The position numbers were made by a program, and so were the translations under genes. 64,000 bases of DNA from Rhynchobatus australiae (taxonomy: Eukaryota): assembly GCA_034780895.1 (NCBI GenBank), contig JAUZTB010000076.1, positions 45,303,557 to 45,367,556 of the forward strand, given 5' to 3'. The notes under the pieces were generated by a model. The model ran no database searches. It had not been told where the DNA came from and saw only the letters and a list, made by a program, of their open reading frames with translations. Shown here piece by piece: positions 9,086-21,110 of the stretch. Within the stretch, counting starts at the first letter, position 1; each line of letters starts with the position of its first letter.

Positions 9086-11069
9086 CTGCACCACACGGGA
9101 AAGAAAAGAATCTGAGTGCATTTGCTTCATGAATGAGGAATTTCAAATCAGGCTTCTTTTGGGTTTACTGGAGTAATGAAACCTTTAGAGTTTATATCAG
9201 CCCCAATCACCTTGTCCAGTCATTTATACAGCATGATGCACTGCAACATACAGGCAGTGAAACACGTTTTAGGATCTATAGTCCAGGAAGAAAGCAGGGC
9301 TGGACTAAAACGGAAACAAGGTAAATTTGGAAGCCAGTGATTGAGAGTACCAAGCTTGAGATTGAAAGTCTTAAGGAGAAAGAAAGCAAAGCGAGCTTTC
9401 AACTTTGAGATCCCAAGAAAGAACACAGAGAACTGAACCTCGACTTCAGCAAAAGTAGAAGCTTTATGGGCAAGAACAAGCATTTTCTCCTTGTTTTTGC
9501 TGCAGATGATTAAGGACAGACAGATGGGTGGTGATGTCCACTACAAATTATTCCATCAAGTTGGAAGAACACATTTTATAGTCTTCTATTAAACTTGCTC
9601 TGAAACTGTTCTTCCATTTTGTCATTAGCAAATAGCCAGTTTACTGAGTATGCCATTGAGCAATTTACCAGAAACCAGGTGATGAAGTATCCATTTGCTA
9701 ATTTGGATTTAAAGATGGTTTAAACAACAGATGCATGGTGATGAGCCCCAAATGCTGCAGACACTTTATAAAAAAATGTATAGATTCCCACAATGAAAAT
9801 CACTGACTGCATCCAGCCAAGTTTTAAAGAATGGCATGCCTTAAAGATGGAGGAGGTAACCATACCCAACACAACGACTGTGCCCCAGAAGTGATGGGTA
9901 CAGTACAGATATGTGATGCGAAAAGGACCAACAGAACCCAGTAAGATCCCAACTCGAGAACATCTTGTTTGTTTTTCCAAATGGCAGACAAAGGGATAAT
10001 AAACAAATCAGTAGGGAAACTGGAATCAACTTGCTCTCATTACTAGGCTTGATTAGATTATTTTATTCATGAACTTACTCAATGGAAAAAGCACCTAAAC
10101 TGATATCAGGTTAAATGCATTCAGCTCATTTATTACTGCAATACATTATCAAAGAAAATTAAACTGATGGTATGTTTACAAATCAGCTTGGCAATTCTTT
10201 GTTGAAAAAGACAAAATGAAGGTGCCAAGAGTAAAACAATGTAACTTCACCCTCTGCCCCACCCTCACCCTTCCTGGGTGGGAGCTAGTTTGTATGTTTG
10301 GCTGGAGATCCCAGCTGTTATCCAAATTGCCCACCCTCATAATAAATTTTCTGGTGCACAAAGCATCATTAAACCCAGAAAAAAACATCTTCCACATGGC
10401 GTTCAACTAACAATTTATGGACCTTCTTTTGCCCAAGCAGATTCCAAGGTAATAGTTGGCAATGTGTCACAGTGACTTTCTCCTCTGTCAGCATCATGTT
10501 AATACAGCACAGTGCCACCAGACAGGCTGGTTCAAATGGAATCTCACCAATGGGAGCAACTGCAATCCTGAAGATTCAGTGTTATGATCGTCCAAAATGT
10601 CAAGTTACACAAGCCTTATCAATAATTTGCATATGCACTAAATATATGAATAGTAATGCTGAGTAAAGAGTAAGAGGGAGAGGTTAGACAAAAAGAGAAA
10701 CCAGGATGAGTTCAATTACAACATCCTCACCTCAGCTCTCCCCAAACAGGATGTTTGCACTGAATTATTCAGATATTACTTCATAAGCAGAGGAGAGTGA
10801 GCTATTCCTGTAGCACTGCAATTAAATGGCCAACCTCAGAAGAATCTGATACAAACCAGAAATAAAATAACCTTCTGAAACAACTCATGGAATCACTAAG
10901 GCTACCAGCCTGTTACTTAAAACATTATGGAGCATTTCCACTGGAAATTAAAATAGGCTGGAGACTGGTAACCATCAGGATTTGCCATCTACAACCTCAA
11001 CATGTAACGCAATCTAGAGTATCTTGTCTCCAGGCAATACAAATTCAAATGTTTTGGACAGTATAACTT

Positions 11070-11260
11070 TGGGATAGCTTCTGCACTTGATGTTTCAGAC
11101 ATGTCTAGATGGCCCTCATCACCGCATTTCTCTACACAAACTAGAAGAACACCACCCCATGTTCCATTTGGGTAGCCTACAACCCCAATGGCACGAACAT
11201 TGAATTTTCCATTGCCAGGGAACCTGTATTTTTCCCTGTGTTCCTTTCCCACTGCTATCA
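11070..11260 (+). mobile_element. Penelope-like endonuclease-tail fragment
   Basis: CTAGAAGAACACCACCCCATGTTCCATTTGGGTAGCCTACAACCCCAATGGCACGAACATTGAATTTTCC, homologous to 1340-1425 and the reverse of 51400-51470. Confidence 0.65.
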
Positions 11261-11666
11261 GTCCACCTATGAAAAAAGGAGAGAGAACCTAGAAGGATAT
11301 GGACCAAATATGGGTGAAATTTTGCTAATTAATCAAAATTAAAAATTCAGCAGTCCCTAGCTTTTATGGGACAGGAGGTAGATGTCTTCCCACATCAATA
11401 ATCCATGCCAACAACCACATGGTAATAGGCTGGATAAGAGAATATAAACATGTGGTCATAAATATTTACAGCATTTTCATGCCAATGTTTTTGTCCACCT
11501 ACNNNNNNNNNNNNNNNNNNNNNNNNNNNNNNNNNNNNNNNNNNNNNNNNNNNNNNNNNNNNNNNNNNNNNNNNNNNNNNNNNNNNNNNNNNNNNNNNNN
11601 NNNNNNNNNNNNNNNNNNNNNNNNNNNNNNNNNNNNNNNNNNNNNNNNNNNNNNNNNNNNNNNNNC

Positions 11667-12650
11667 TCAAATCCCTTTTAAAACTCCTTCCTCTCACCTT
11701 ATGCCTTTGCTCTCTTGTTTTTGATATACCTGCCACAGGAAAAAGATTCCGACTTTCTACTCTATGCCTCTTGTACAGTTTATACTTCTGTTAGGTAACC
11801 CCTCGGCATCCTTTGGTCCAGGGAAAACAAGCCCAGCCTATCCAATGGCTCCCTGTTTTTCTCCTCCAATTCAAGTAACATCCTGGTGAATCTCCTCTGA
11901 ATTCTCTCTAGTGCAACCACAACCTTCCACTACTACCCCCGCTTCCTATCATCAGCCAATTTTGGATCCAATTAGCCAGCTTGCCTTGGATCCTATGTGC
12001 CTTAACCTTCTGGACCAACCTGCTATGCAGAACCTTGTCAAAAGCCCACACAGACAACGATGAAGGCAGGACAGTAGACAATCTTTTTAGTTACCCCTCA
12101 AAATACTATCAAATTAGTAGAGACTAGATTTCCCCCACACAAATCCATGCTGACTATGGAGATACAAGAGACTGGAGATGTTGGTGTCTGGAGCAACAAA
12201 CAACCTGCTGGAAGGACTCAGTGGGTCAAGCAACATCTGTAGGAAGAAAAGAATCTTTCCCAGTTCTGATGCAAGGTTTTGACCTGAAATATCAAAAATT
12301 CCTTTCCTCCCACAGATGCTGCTTGACCCACTGAGACCCTCTGGCAGATTGTTTGTTGCTCTATGCTGACTATCCCTGATCAGACTCCATTTCCAAATGT
12401 ACATAAATCCTATACCTTAGGACTTTCTTCAATAATTTCTCTAACACTCAGGCAAGGCCTGTAGTTACCTGGTTAGTCCTTGCTGCACTTCTTAAATAAA
12501 GAAACAACATTAGCTATCCTGCAGTCTTCTGTGGCTAACATTGACACAAAACTCTTTGTCAGGGCCCTAGCCATTTCCTCTCCTGGTTCCCATAGTAACC
12601 TTGGATACATCTCATCAGGCCCTGAGGATTTATCAATCCTTAAGAGACCA
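11667..12650 (-). mobile_element. CR1-clade LINE remnant (RT region and 3' part)
   Basis: LRIDKSSGPDEMYPRLLWE..EEMARALTK..CRIANVVSLFKK, QHGFVWGKS, and a typical CR1 3' region. Interrupted by the foldback insert. Confidence 0.8.
12158..12362. mobile_element. ~200-bp foldback Penelope-derived insert with 11-bp TSD, nested in CR1
   Basis: Arms of about 65 bp are inverted around a decayed hammerhead (CTGATGC...GAAA). ATGCTGACTAT at 12147-12157 and 12363-12373. Confidence 0.8.
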
Positions 12651-14571
12651 ACCAAGTAGTAATTAAAGTAGATGGAGACAAGAAATCAAAAACAAAGTTA
12701 TGTTATACAATGACACAACAGAGCTGGAAGAAATTGCTACTTGGAAAGTTCTCAAATCTTACTGGAAGACTGATATCAAAAAAAATAAAATGGAGACCAG
12801 AAGACAGATCAAAAAGGGAACAATGCATTGAGGATTATGTGATTGGGGAATGGAGGAGGCCTGTGTGATTGACCTGATCTTCAGCCTTGCTATTGAAAAG
12901 AGGAAGCTGAGAGTTTTATTTAGAAGCAGATAAGCTGCCGCTCAAGGAAAGCATGCAACATGGTAACATACAGATCAAGTTCAGCTATGACACTGAATAA
13001 TTTACTCAGTCAAAATTCACACAGGAAAATGGCCACTTTAGCATGCACATATAAATGCACGTGAAGTCCATAGAATCTGAGCCTTCAGAAGATGAGAGAA
13101 AAGGAGAAACTTGTAAGACTACTTTCATAGCTTAGCTGAAATTACAGAACAAAAACTGAAATACCATGGATCCTGAAATACAAATAGAATGTCGGAAATA
13201 CTCAGCAGGTCAGGCAGGAGAAAAAGACTGGTAACATTTCAGATCTGCAATCTTTTTCCAGAAATTAAACATTTACCAGTTCTGCTGGAAATCAAAATGC
13301 TTCTCATATCTGCCAAGTAATTTAAACATATTTTTGTTTTTTTTAAACTTGAAACTACAAAGTACTTAAGGAATGTACCTAGACAAAGTTAAAACTAAGC
13401 ATAAAATTCAAGTTCTTTGCAAGACTTCTAGAAGGAAGTTATAGACATAGAAATTACAATTAAACTTGGTTCATTATCTAAATCATTGAGGATTCTGGTA
13501 CCATATTACAGTATTTTAATTATTTAGCAAGTAAAGGCTTTCCTCTCCTTCTCTGGTGTCCTTACAGCTTTTCAATCCTCTGAATATCCCCAGCATAAAA
13601 ATCGTTCCACCACTGGTGGTCATGGCTTCAGCTGCCATGCCTTTGGGCTCTGGAATCCCTTCCATAAATTTTTTTTCTCTCTACCTCATTGTTTTTTCCC
13701 TCTAAGATGCAAGTTATAACTTAAGATATTGGTCATCTATCTTGATATTTCCTTCTGTAGCTTGTCAATTTTTATCTGCAATATTGTTGTGAAATGACTT
13801 GGGACTTTAAAAAAAAACTAAAACAGAAAAGCTTGTTACCACCCATTCAGGCTTTCAATATAAAAGCTTCCTCATATTGATCATGTCCTTTGCAAATCTT
13901 TTAATGCATCTCCAACAATAAGTGGCATTGGTTNNNNNNNNNNGTAAATCACAATGTTTCTGCAGAATAAACCAACAAGCAGTTGCTAAATATGTGACAG
14001 CACGCCATCTTTCTGAATCTACACATCATCATCAGCCACAAATAGTGATAGTTCATTAGCAGTGTACCTTCAGTGTGTAAACTGTGACATAAAGCACACA
14101 ATACATGAGAGTACTGCAGAGCCTGAACCTGTGGAGTTGAATTTTACAATATCAAGCTTAAAAGACAGAAATTAAAAGTTCAGAAACATTTCTCCTCAGC
14201 TAATTACCAGAATAAAAATGAAGGGGAAGTAAATAAATGGGATACCGTGAAGGAACCAGTGGTAGGGGAGGAAGGTAGAATGCTGCCTACAGAAGTGGCA
14301 GCTTGGGTTGAGGATTAATGAGGGTTCTTAAGTCTTAATTGACATTGTTTTTGGAAATGGAAATGTGAAGCCATATTCTTCCAAAAGGTTCAAAGGAAAA
14401 GTTAATTTCTTTGGAGTTTCTTCATTCAGTGCTTTTGGACTAGCTAGTAAAATACTGTGAAAACCACTGTCTTTGTAAATAGCAACACTGAAGATGTACT
14501 TGTGCACAGCTCTTCACCAGGAATAGGAAAGAAATCATTCAACCACCAAATTTCTTGGCTCAGGCTGCATG

Positions 14572-16170
14572 TCATCGTCTTCTTCAATAGATAGCCCTTC
14601 AGGATTGAGGATGACTTGCATCCATGCAGGTTTTATGAGGTCCAATGTGACTGATGGATATGCAAGTTCTCCCATATATATGAGGGAGGAGGTAGCTGAT
14701 GTGGCAGGAGGTGAGAGAGGGGTAGTTTGTGAGGTGGTGCATTCCTTCTGCCATTTTCAGAGTCTCTGTGTGGTCCTAATGCATGGACTTGCATTTCTTA
14801 ATACCATTCTGAATACTCCTTCTCTACTTTGAGCAGTTAACGGGCCAGGGATATGCAGAATGCTGCATTTTTGAAGCAAAGCTTTGAGCACATTCTTTAA
14901 TCTTTTCCTCTATCTACTTGGTAATCTCTTGCCATACCACTCAGGATAGTGTGTATGTTTTGGGAGTCTGGTGCAGGGGGCTCAGCAACTGACCCACAGG
15001 TGTGCCATGTGAAGATTCTTCAGTGTTATTAAGGCTATCCGTGGCATAAATATACAAGGCCCCACTGCACTAAGAGCCAAGAACAAAGGTGAACTTATCA
15101 AGGACAAGGAGAAAGTCAATGTCCATTGGAAGGAATAGTTCAAAGAACTCCCCAACCTTGACTTCGTACTTGACGTGAGCACTCTCAACTCTGCAGCAGC
15201 CTATTCAGTCCAGCCTCACCGTCACTCCTGACTAGCAAGTTATCAAGAAGGCCATATCCCAATTAAAAATCAATAAGCCTTCAGGAACAAATGTTATCCC
15301 TGATGAAGTTCCAATAATTAACAATTGAGAGCTTCGATCACAAGCTCATAATCAGATTGTCCACACCTGGGAAAAGAAAGCTATACCAGGGGTCCTCAGA
15401 GATGCCATAATCATGACCACTTTCAAGAAAGGAGACAAAAGGGATTGCTGATGTCTACCACAAGAAATGTCATAGTGACGGTCCTCCTCAAACACTTCCT
15501 CCCTGTGGCCAAAGAGCTGCCCCACCACAGTTTGGATTCTGTCCCATCAACAGCACAGTGGACATTATCTTCACTGCATATCTTGAAGAAAAATACAGGG
15601 AGGAGCATCAAACCCCCATGATACATCGCCTTTCACTCTTTTAGGCCAAGGAACTGTGAAACATTCACTCTATTAGGCCAAGGGCCTGTGAAGCATTCCC
15701 CTCATTTAGGCTGCCAACAGAAATTTATCTCCATCTTATGCATTCTTTACAATGCCATATCAGACACGATTCTGAACAATGAGTCTATAAACACAGCCAA
15801 TCTCAGTGAAGATTGGCATCAAACAAGGCTGTATCATTGCCTTTACACTAGAACGATTGATAACCAATCATTCTAGCTAAAATGTTGCACTTCACCAACA
15901 ATCCTGCCACAGAAATGGAGCTAATCTTTAAAACTAATGGGAAACCATTCAACCCACAGCAACTATATTCTAGAATCAAGGTCACCAGAACCCCAGTAGT
16001 CAGACTGCAGTACATTGACAATGCTTGTGTTGGCACGCTCTCGAGGCCAAACTCCAAGCCAACATTGATGCTTTCACTGAAACATACAAGAGGATGGGCC
16101 TTACATACAATCTGCAAGACAAAAAGGTCCTTTACCAACCTGCCCCCACTCTCCAACAATATTTCTTATT
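14572..16170. mobile_element. RTE-clade LINE with 5' inversion (3' end on -, RT on +)
   Basis: Plus-strand RLQYIDNAC (degenerate YADD) and LQANIDAFTETYKRMGLTYNLQDKKVLYQPAP. The minus-strand 3' end at 14572-14985 resembles 18100-18470. Confidence 0.75.
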
Positions 16171-16244
16171 ACTCTTGATTCAGATCACTAAAATCAATGT
16201 TTTGGCTCCACTTTATAATTCACTCAGAAAATATTCATCCAAGG

Positions 16245-16620
16245 ATCATACTGAGCCACATAAACCAGGAAGGTCCCAGCTCTGATCCCTAGTCTGCACA
16301 GCATGAGATCATTCAAGCCAATACTAGAGCTGCACATTTGGCCAGAAAGAAAATTACAGCAAGGGTATGCACTCCTGGTCCTTGGTCAGTAAATCCTGTT
16401 GGAATTGAAGCAAAAAAAATTGCAGATGTTGGAGATTTGAAACCAAACAGATGAAAAGATTTCCAAGGGACACTGACCTGTAACACTGATTCTGTTTCTG
16501 GCATTTTCTGCTTGTTCCAAATCTTGCCGGAAAATATACACATGTGGGATGTGGGTGAGGAGAGGAATGGTTTCAGCCATGATACTATGACACTTATTGT
16601 TTTGGCTAACATGCGACACA
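16245..16620 (+). mobile_element. Ancient tRNA-headed SINE (related copies on - at about 6130-6320 and 6970-7230), interrupted by a small Penelope-like insert
   Basis: CCAGGAAGGTCCCAGCTCTGATCCCTAGTCTG head, reverse-similar to 6250-6300. TGCAGATGTTGGAGATTTGAA insert at about 16405-16520. Confidence 0.45.
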
Positions 16621-16906
16621 GTCACAAGCTTCTGCTCCCACCATACCCAAATGTCATTAAGAAATGAATTCTATTAAATATTTCCTCAAAGTTCCCTCTA
16701 TTCAATAGCTGGTTGTCTCCGTCAATTCATGCTCATATTTTTTAACTATCTTGATATTTAATGCAATAGCATTTTTTTTCAGATTGTGGGGTAATTCAAT
16801 AAATGCCTCTTTAAATATGTGCTAAATTGCTAATTTATTCTAACTGTATTATGGGACTTTGTGGTTCACTTTCTGGGACATTCCTTTTCAGATTAAAGTT
16901 ACTCAC

Positions 16907-17029
16907 TGCACAATTCAGCTGCCTCATCCGAACCATCTGTACATTCTTCTTCTCCATCACAGCGCCAATCCCCCGAGATGCACTCTCCATTGTCACAAGT
17001 GAAATGCGTTGCTGCACAGGTTTTCTTGG
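16907..17029 (-). CDS. LRP8: LRP8 exon 3: LA2 ([41 protein letters not shown])
   Basis: acag| acceptor, |GTGAGT donor, 123 nt phase 1-1. PKKTC...FTCDNG.CI...W.CDGEEEC.DGSDE is the ApoER2-type LA2 (VLDLR has CDGDPDC). Not in the ORF track frame; translated by hand. Confidence 0.95.
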
Positions 17030-18094
17030 CTGTTTGGTAAGCAGAATGTCCAAAAGTTAGCACTTTGGAAAAATGGAATTGAGTAATTATTAAACCAAAG
17101 TTCTGTCAAATTTTCCACTGTTTCATGTGCACACAAACAGGCAGTAACTTCATTTAAATTTTCAGTGGGGGGAAAAGGACATGCATCAGCCCAAGATTCA
17201 CAAATGAAGAATATGGCTTCTGAAGAACCTTTTGATGAATGGACACTCATTTAATGGGCACAAGTAGTAAACTGGCACTTTCTGCTATCTTCCTCAAAAT
17301 GGCAGTATTTTCTCACCTTTATTTCAACTGTCCTCGAATGAGGACAATTTTCCAATAAACTCCAATTACTTTTTTTCTAGTGTTCTAACTGCAACTTAAT
17401 CAGGTTTGGTAACATTTCCACTGGCACAAAACGAGAGATTGGATAACTCTAATAAATTCAGTCACATTTATTTTTCTTATGGGTGACCATTAGGTACTAT
17501 AACAGGGACCAGCGGCCGTCATGTACCAAAATATTACAAGCCTAACCACACCCACTGGTGAACAGTTGGCACTGGGTTGATTTGGTAGGCAGCCTGATGC
17601 AGAGATATGTCAAGGATCTTCACGTTATACAGTACATGCTGGCACATCCATTGATGGTAATGTTCAGTTACAATTTAATGCTCCGTGGGTACCTTTTGCA
17701 AGCATGCCGCAAAGCTAATTTATGAGGCTGGTGGTGTGGGTGACAAGGCAGTAATCTTGTCATAAAGTTCTTGTGATTGAAGCAGTACAGATCTGCTCGT
17801 ATCTGGTCTGGCCACTCATTAAACAAGCTGCCCCCATCATCAGCCTGCCAGCAGTTCCTGGAAATCCTAGGACAACCCCAACTCTTTAAAAGATGTGGCG
17901 CCTGGTGTCATCAGGCAGAAGCAGGTAGAGACCAGAAGTGCTGTGGAGAACGTGGTTGCAGAAAGAATTCAGGGGCCAGTCACCACACTGCCCACTCATA
18001 TTCCAGTGACTCCAGGCTGGGAACCAGGAACCAATGAATGAGGTTATCTGGAGACCATATCGGAGCCCTGGATCCCACATTTAGATCTAGATGT

Positions 18095-18475
18095 AGTTGT
18101 AATGTGCTGGTCGGATCAGGTCTGTCATTGCTTTCAAGGATGGCTTACTCCCATTCTAGCCTAGTAGGACCTGAGGTGGCTAATGAGGCCAATATGGAAA
18201 CCACAAACTCTTCCACAGGGTGGCCAGTGTGATGGGTGTATGGATAGTTTGTAAAGTGGTCTACTCCTCCCACCATCTACACAGGGCTTGTGTGCGCTCC
18301 CAATGTATGACCTTAAGGTTCTCGATACATCTGAATGTTCCTTGGTCATGGGGCAGAGGTTCCCAGGAGCCAGTGGGAATGTTGCATTTCCTCAAGGAGG
18401 CTTTGAGCACATCCGTGAATCTTTTACCCTGTAACCTGGTAATCTTGTCCCATGACACAGCATGGAATGAAGAAT
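18095..18475 (-). mobile_element. RTE-clade LINE 3' end
   Basis: QGKRFTDVLKASLRKCNIPTGSWEPL and CGRVCGFHIGLISHLRS (C-terminal zinc knuckle). Confidence 0.75.
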
Positions 18476-18494
18476 AGCAGGTGTAGTTCTGGTG

Positions 18495-19438
18495 GTAACA
18501 CAGAGACTGCAGATGCTGGAATCCAAAGCAAAACAAAAACAATCTGAACTCAGTGGGGCAAGCAGCACTTGTGAAGGCAAAGGGAGAGGTGAATTTTCAT
18601 GTTGAGAACATGCATCAGGACTTAAAGTTAGAAAGCAGAGATAGCTGATGTATTAAAGTGAGAGGGAGGGGTGACACAGAGGCTGGTAGGGGATTGATGG
18701 AACCAGATAGGAGGGGATGATGGGCAGATGGACAGAGTGATCGGGGATATTGAGGCTAGTAGGNNNNNNNNNNNNNNNNNNNNNNNNNNNNNNNNNNNNN
18801 NNNNNNNNNNNNNNNNNNNNNNNNNNNNNNNNNNNNNNNNNNNNNNNNNNNNNNNNNNNNNNNNNNNNNNNNNNNNNNNNNNNNNNNNNNNNNNNNNNNN
18901 NNNNNNNNNNNNNNNNNNNNNNNNNNNNNNNNNNNNNNNNNNNNNNNNNNNNNNNNNNNNNNNNNNNNNNNNNNNNNNNNNNNNNNNNNNNNNNNNNNNN
19001 AAACAGAGGGGAAGAGGATTACCTGAAACTGGAAGATTCAATGTTCACACCAGTGGGCTGTAGGCTAGCAAGGTGGATTATGAGACATTCTTCTTCTAGT
19101 CTACCTTTACCTTCATTGTGGCAGTGGACAAGGCAGAGATCAGTCAGGTCAGTGTGGGAATGGGAAGGACAGCTGAAATTTCAAAAACACTGCAGTACAG
19201 TACTGATGGGTACAGAGTCTCTATAACACAGGAACTTTACTGGTGGGCACAGACTCACTGTATTTCTCTGATTCCACCTATCACCTACCAGCCAATGTCT
19301 CGTGCTTCCCTCTCACTTCCATCTTCCCTCGACATCCTCAGTCCCAAAGCTGTCTTAACCTGAAAGATCGAATATCCCTTTGCCTGCACAGAGGCTGCTT
19401 GACCAGTTGAGCACTTCCAGCAGTTTGTTTTTTACTCA
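18495..19438. mobile_element. Penelope-like element with inverted halves and TSD TAGTTCTGGTG
   Basis: Minus terminus/UTR/endonuclease tail at about 18497-19185 and plus terminus at about 19265-19438. TAGTTCTGGTG at 18484-18494 and 19439-19449. Confidence 0.75.
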
Positions 19439-19464
19439 TAGTTCTGGTGATCACAGGTCAGTTC

Positions 19465-19820
19465 CTATATAGAGTACAGTACTGATGGCTATGGGTCTAT
19501 CTCTATAATACTGGGGTATACTAGATGGGCACAGATCTGTTGCTGTGTAACACTGGGACACAGAACCGATGGATATGGGTCTGTCTCTGTAGCACTGGGG
19601 CATACTAATGGTGGACAAGGTCTGTCACTGTAATAACGTTGCGGTACAGTACTGATGGGTATGGAGTCTCCACAACACAGGAGAACTTTACTGATGGGCA
19701 CAGGCTCATCACTTTATTTGTCTGGGATACAGTACTGACAGGTAAAGCATTGTCATTGTATAACATTAAGCTATGGCATGTCACCGTATAACACCAGGAT
19801 ACATTACTGCTGGGCACACA
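19465..19820 (+). repeat. Degenerate ~42-bp minisatellite (…GTCACTGTATAACACTGGGGTACAGTACTGATGGG…)
   Basis: About eight diverged units with a recurring CAGTACTGATGG / CACTGGG core. Confidence 0.7.
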
Positions 19821-20324
19821 TTTCTAACTGGATTTGCAATTTCATAGAGCCTTTGTAAAGAGCCACACCAGGCACAACACATTGCAAGATTCATCAAGTT
19901 ACCATCTGTGGCTCAGCCTGCTTCCTGATTTTATCCTCGTTTGAGACAGACAGGTGTAATGAATTAAAGGGATTTATTGTTATCGAGCTTGGAAATGCAT
20001 CCAGCATAGTGGAATGGGAAAGGTTTGCTCTTCCAGAGAGAGGTGTAAAAACTAGCTTTTAAAAAAAATGCAGATTGAATGTCATTTTTTTTCTCTGAAT
20101 GGCTTTGAGTGCCAACTTCAGAGTTTCTCTCTGCTTCAGGGGATCCACAGCTACTGTCGACTTTTGAATGGACCATCCTGATAAAAATCTTCATCTCTCT
20201 CCAATCAGAGCAAGGCTCAAATTCTTTTCAAAATAAGTGTGGGAAATACTGCAGAAGCTAAAATCTAACATCATAAGATAGAATAAAATGCAGGAGTGGG
20301 GCGTAGATGGCGGGTTAATGAACT

Positions 20325-21110
20325 AATGATGGACATGCTCTCCCAATATGGGCTCATGGGCTTTGGGGAGGGAATCAGGAATTGGATCCAACTATTATTC
20401 ACAGACATCAGTATTGCAGTCCAAATTAATGGGCAGGAAACAGATCCATCAAGCCCGGAGTCAGGCAGGGTTGCTGACTCTCCAGTCTTATTTGTGTGTT
20501 GCACAGAACCCTTTGTTGAATCAATCAGGAAACATACATGCAAAAGGGATAATGATGCCAGGCAGTGGGAGCACTCAGATCAAAGCCACCTGTACACGGA
20601 CAATGTCATCATCTTCTGCTCAGATCCTCATTAGGTCCACAGACTGATTAGCATCAAAGACTAGTTTGAGCCCTTGGGGGCTGGAGTCAACTGCAGAAAG
20701 GGGAAGGCCACGCTTTATGGCAAATGCCCCAAACAACCCTCCATTCCCTTCACTGTCAAGTCTAACTACCTGAAGATGCTAGGGATCTAGTTCAGAGGAG
20801 CTGGGTGAGAATCAAAAACTGGCTGGAGGAGATCAACGAGCTCAAAGTAAAATTGGGAACATGGGAACAGCGCTCTCTTTCAATGGCAGGCAAGAACCTG
20901 GTCATCAGGTGAGAGGTGCTCTCGGTCTGCTGTACATGGTGCAGGAGTGGCCCATACCCTGCTCATTTGCTGTAGCTGTCACCTGAGCCATCTTTCGTTT
21001 CATCTAGGGCTGCAAGATAGAGTGTGTCCAATGGGTTGTGATACACATTTCCAGATAACAGGGGAAAAATGCATACCCAATATTGCCAAAGTACCAAAGG
21101 AGCACCAGAG
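20325..21110 (+). mobile_element. Tx1/L1-clade LINE RT remnant
   Basis: MGFGEGIRNWIQLLFTDISIAVQING, SGVRQGC-like segment, SPVLFVCCTEPFVESIRK, LYTDNVIIFCSDP. Frameshifted. Confidence 0.75.

Noticed and set aside
19465-19820. Repeat array as CRISPR-like
   Set aside because: Eukaryotic intron, diverged tandem units without unique spacers, and no cas genes.
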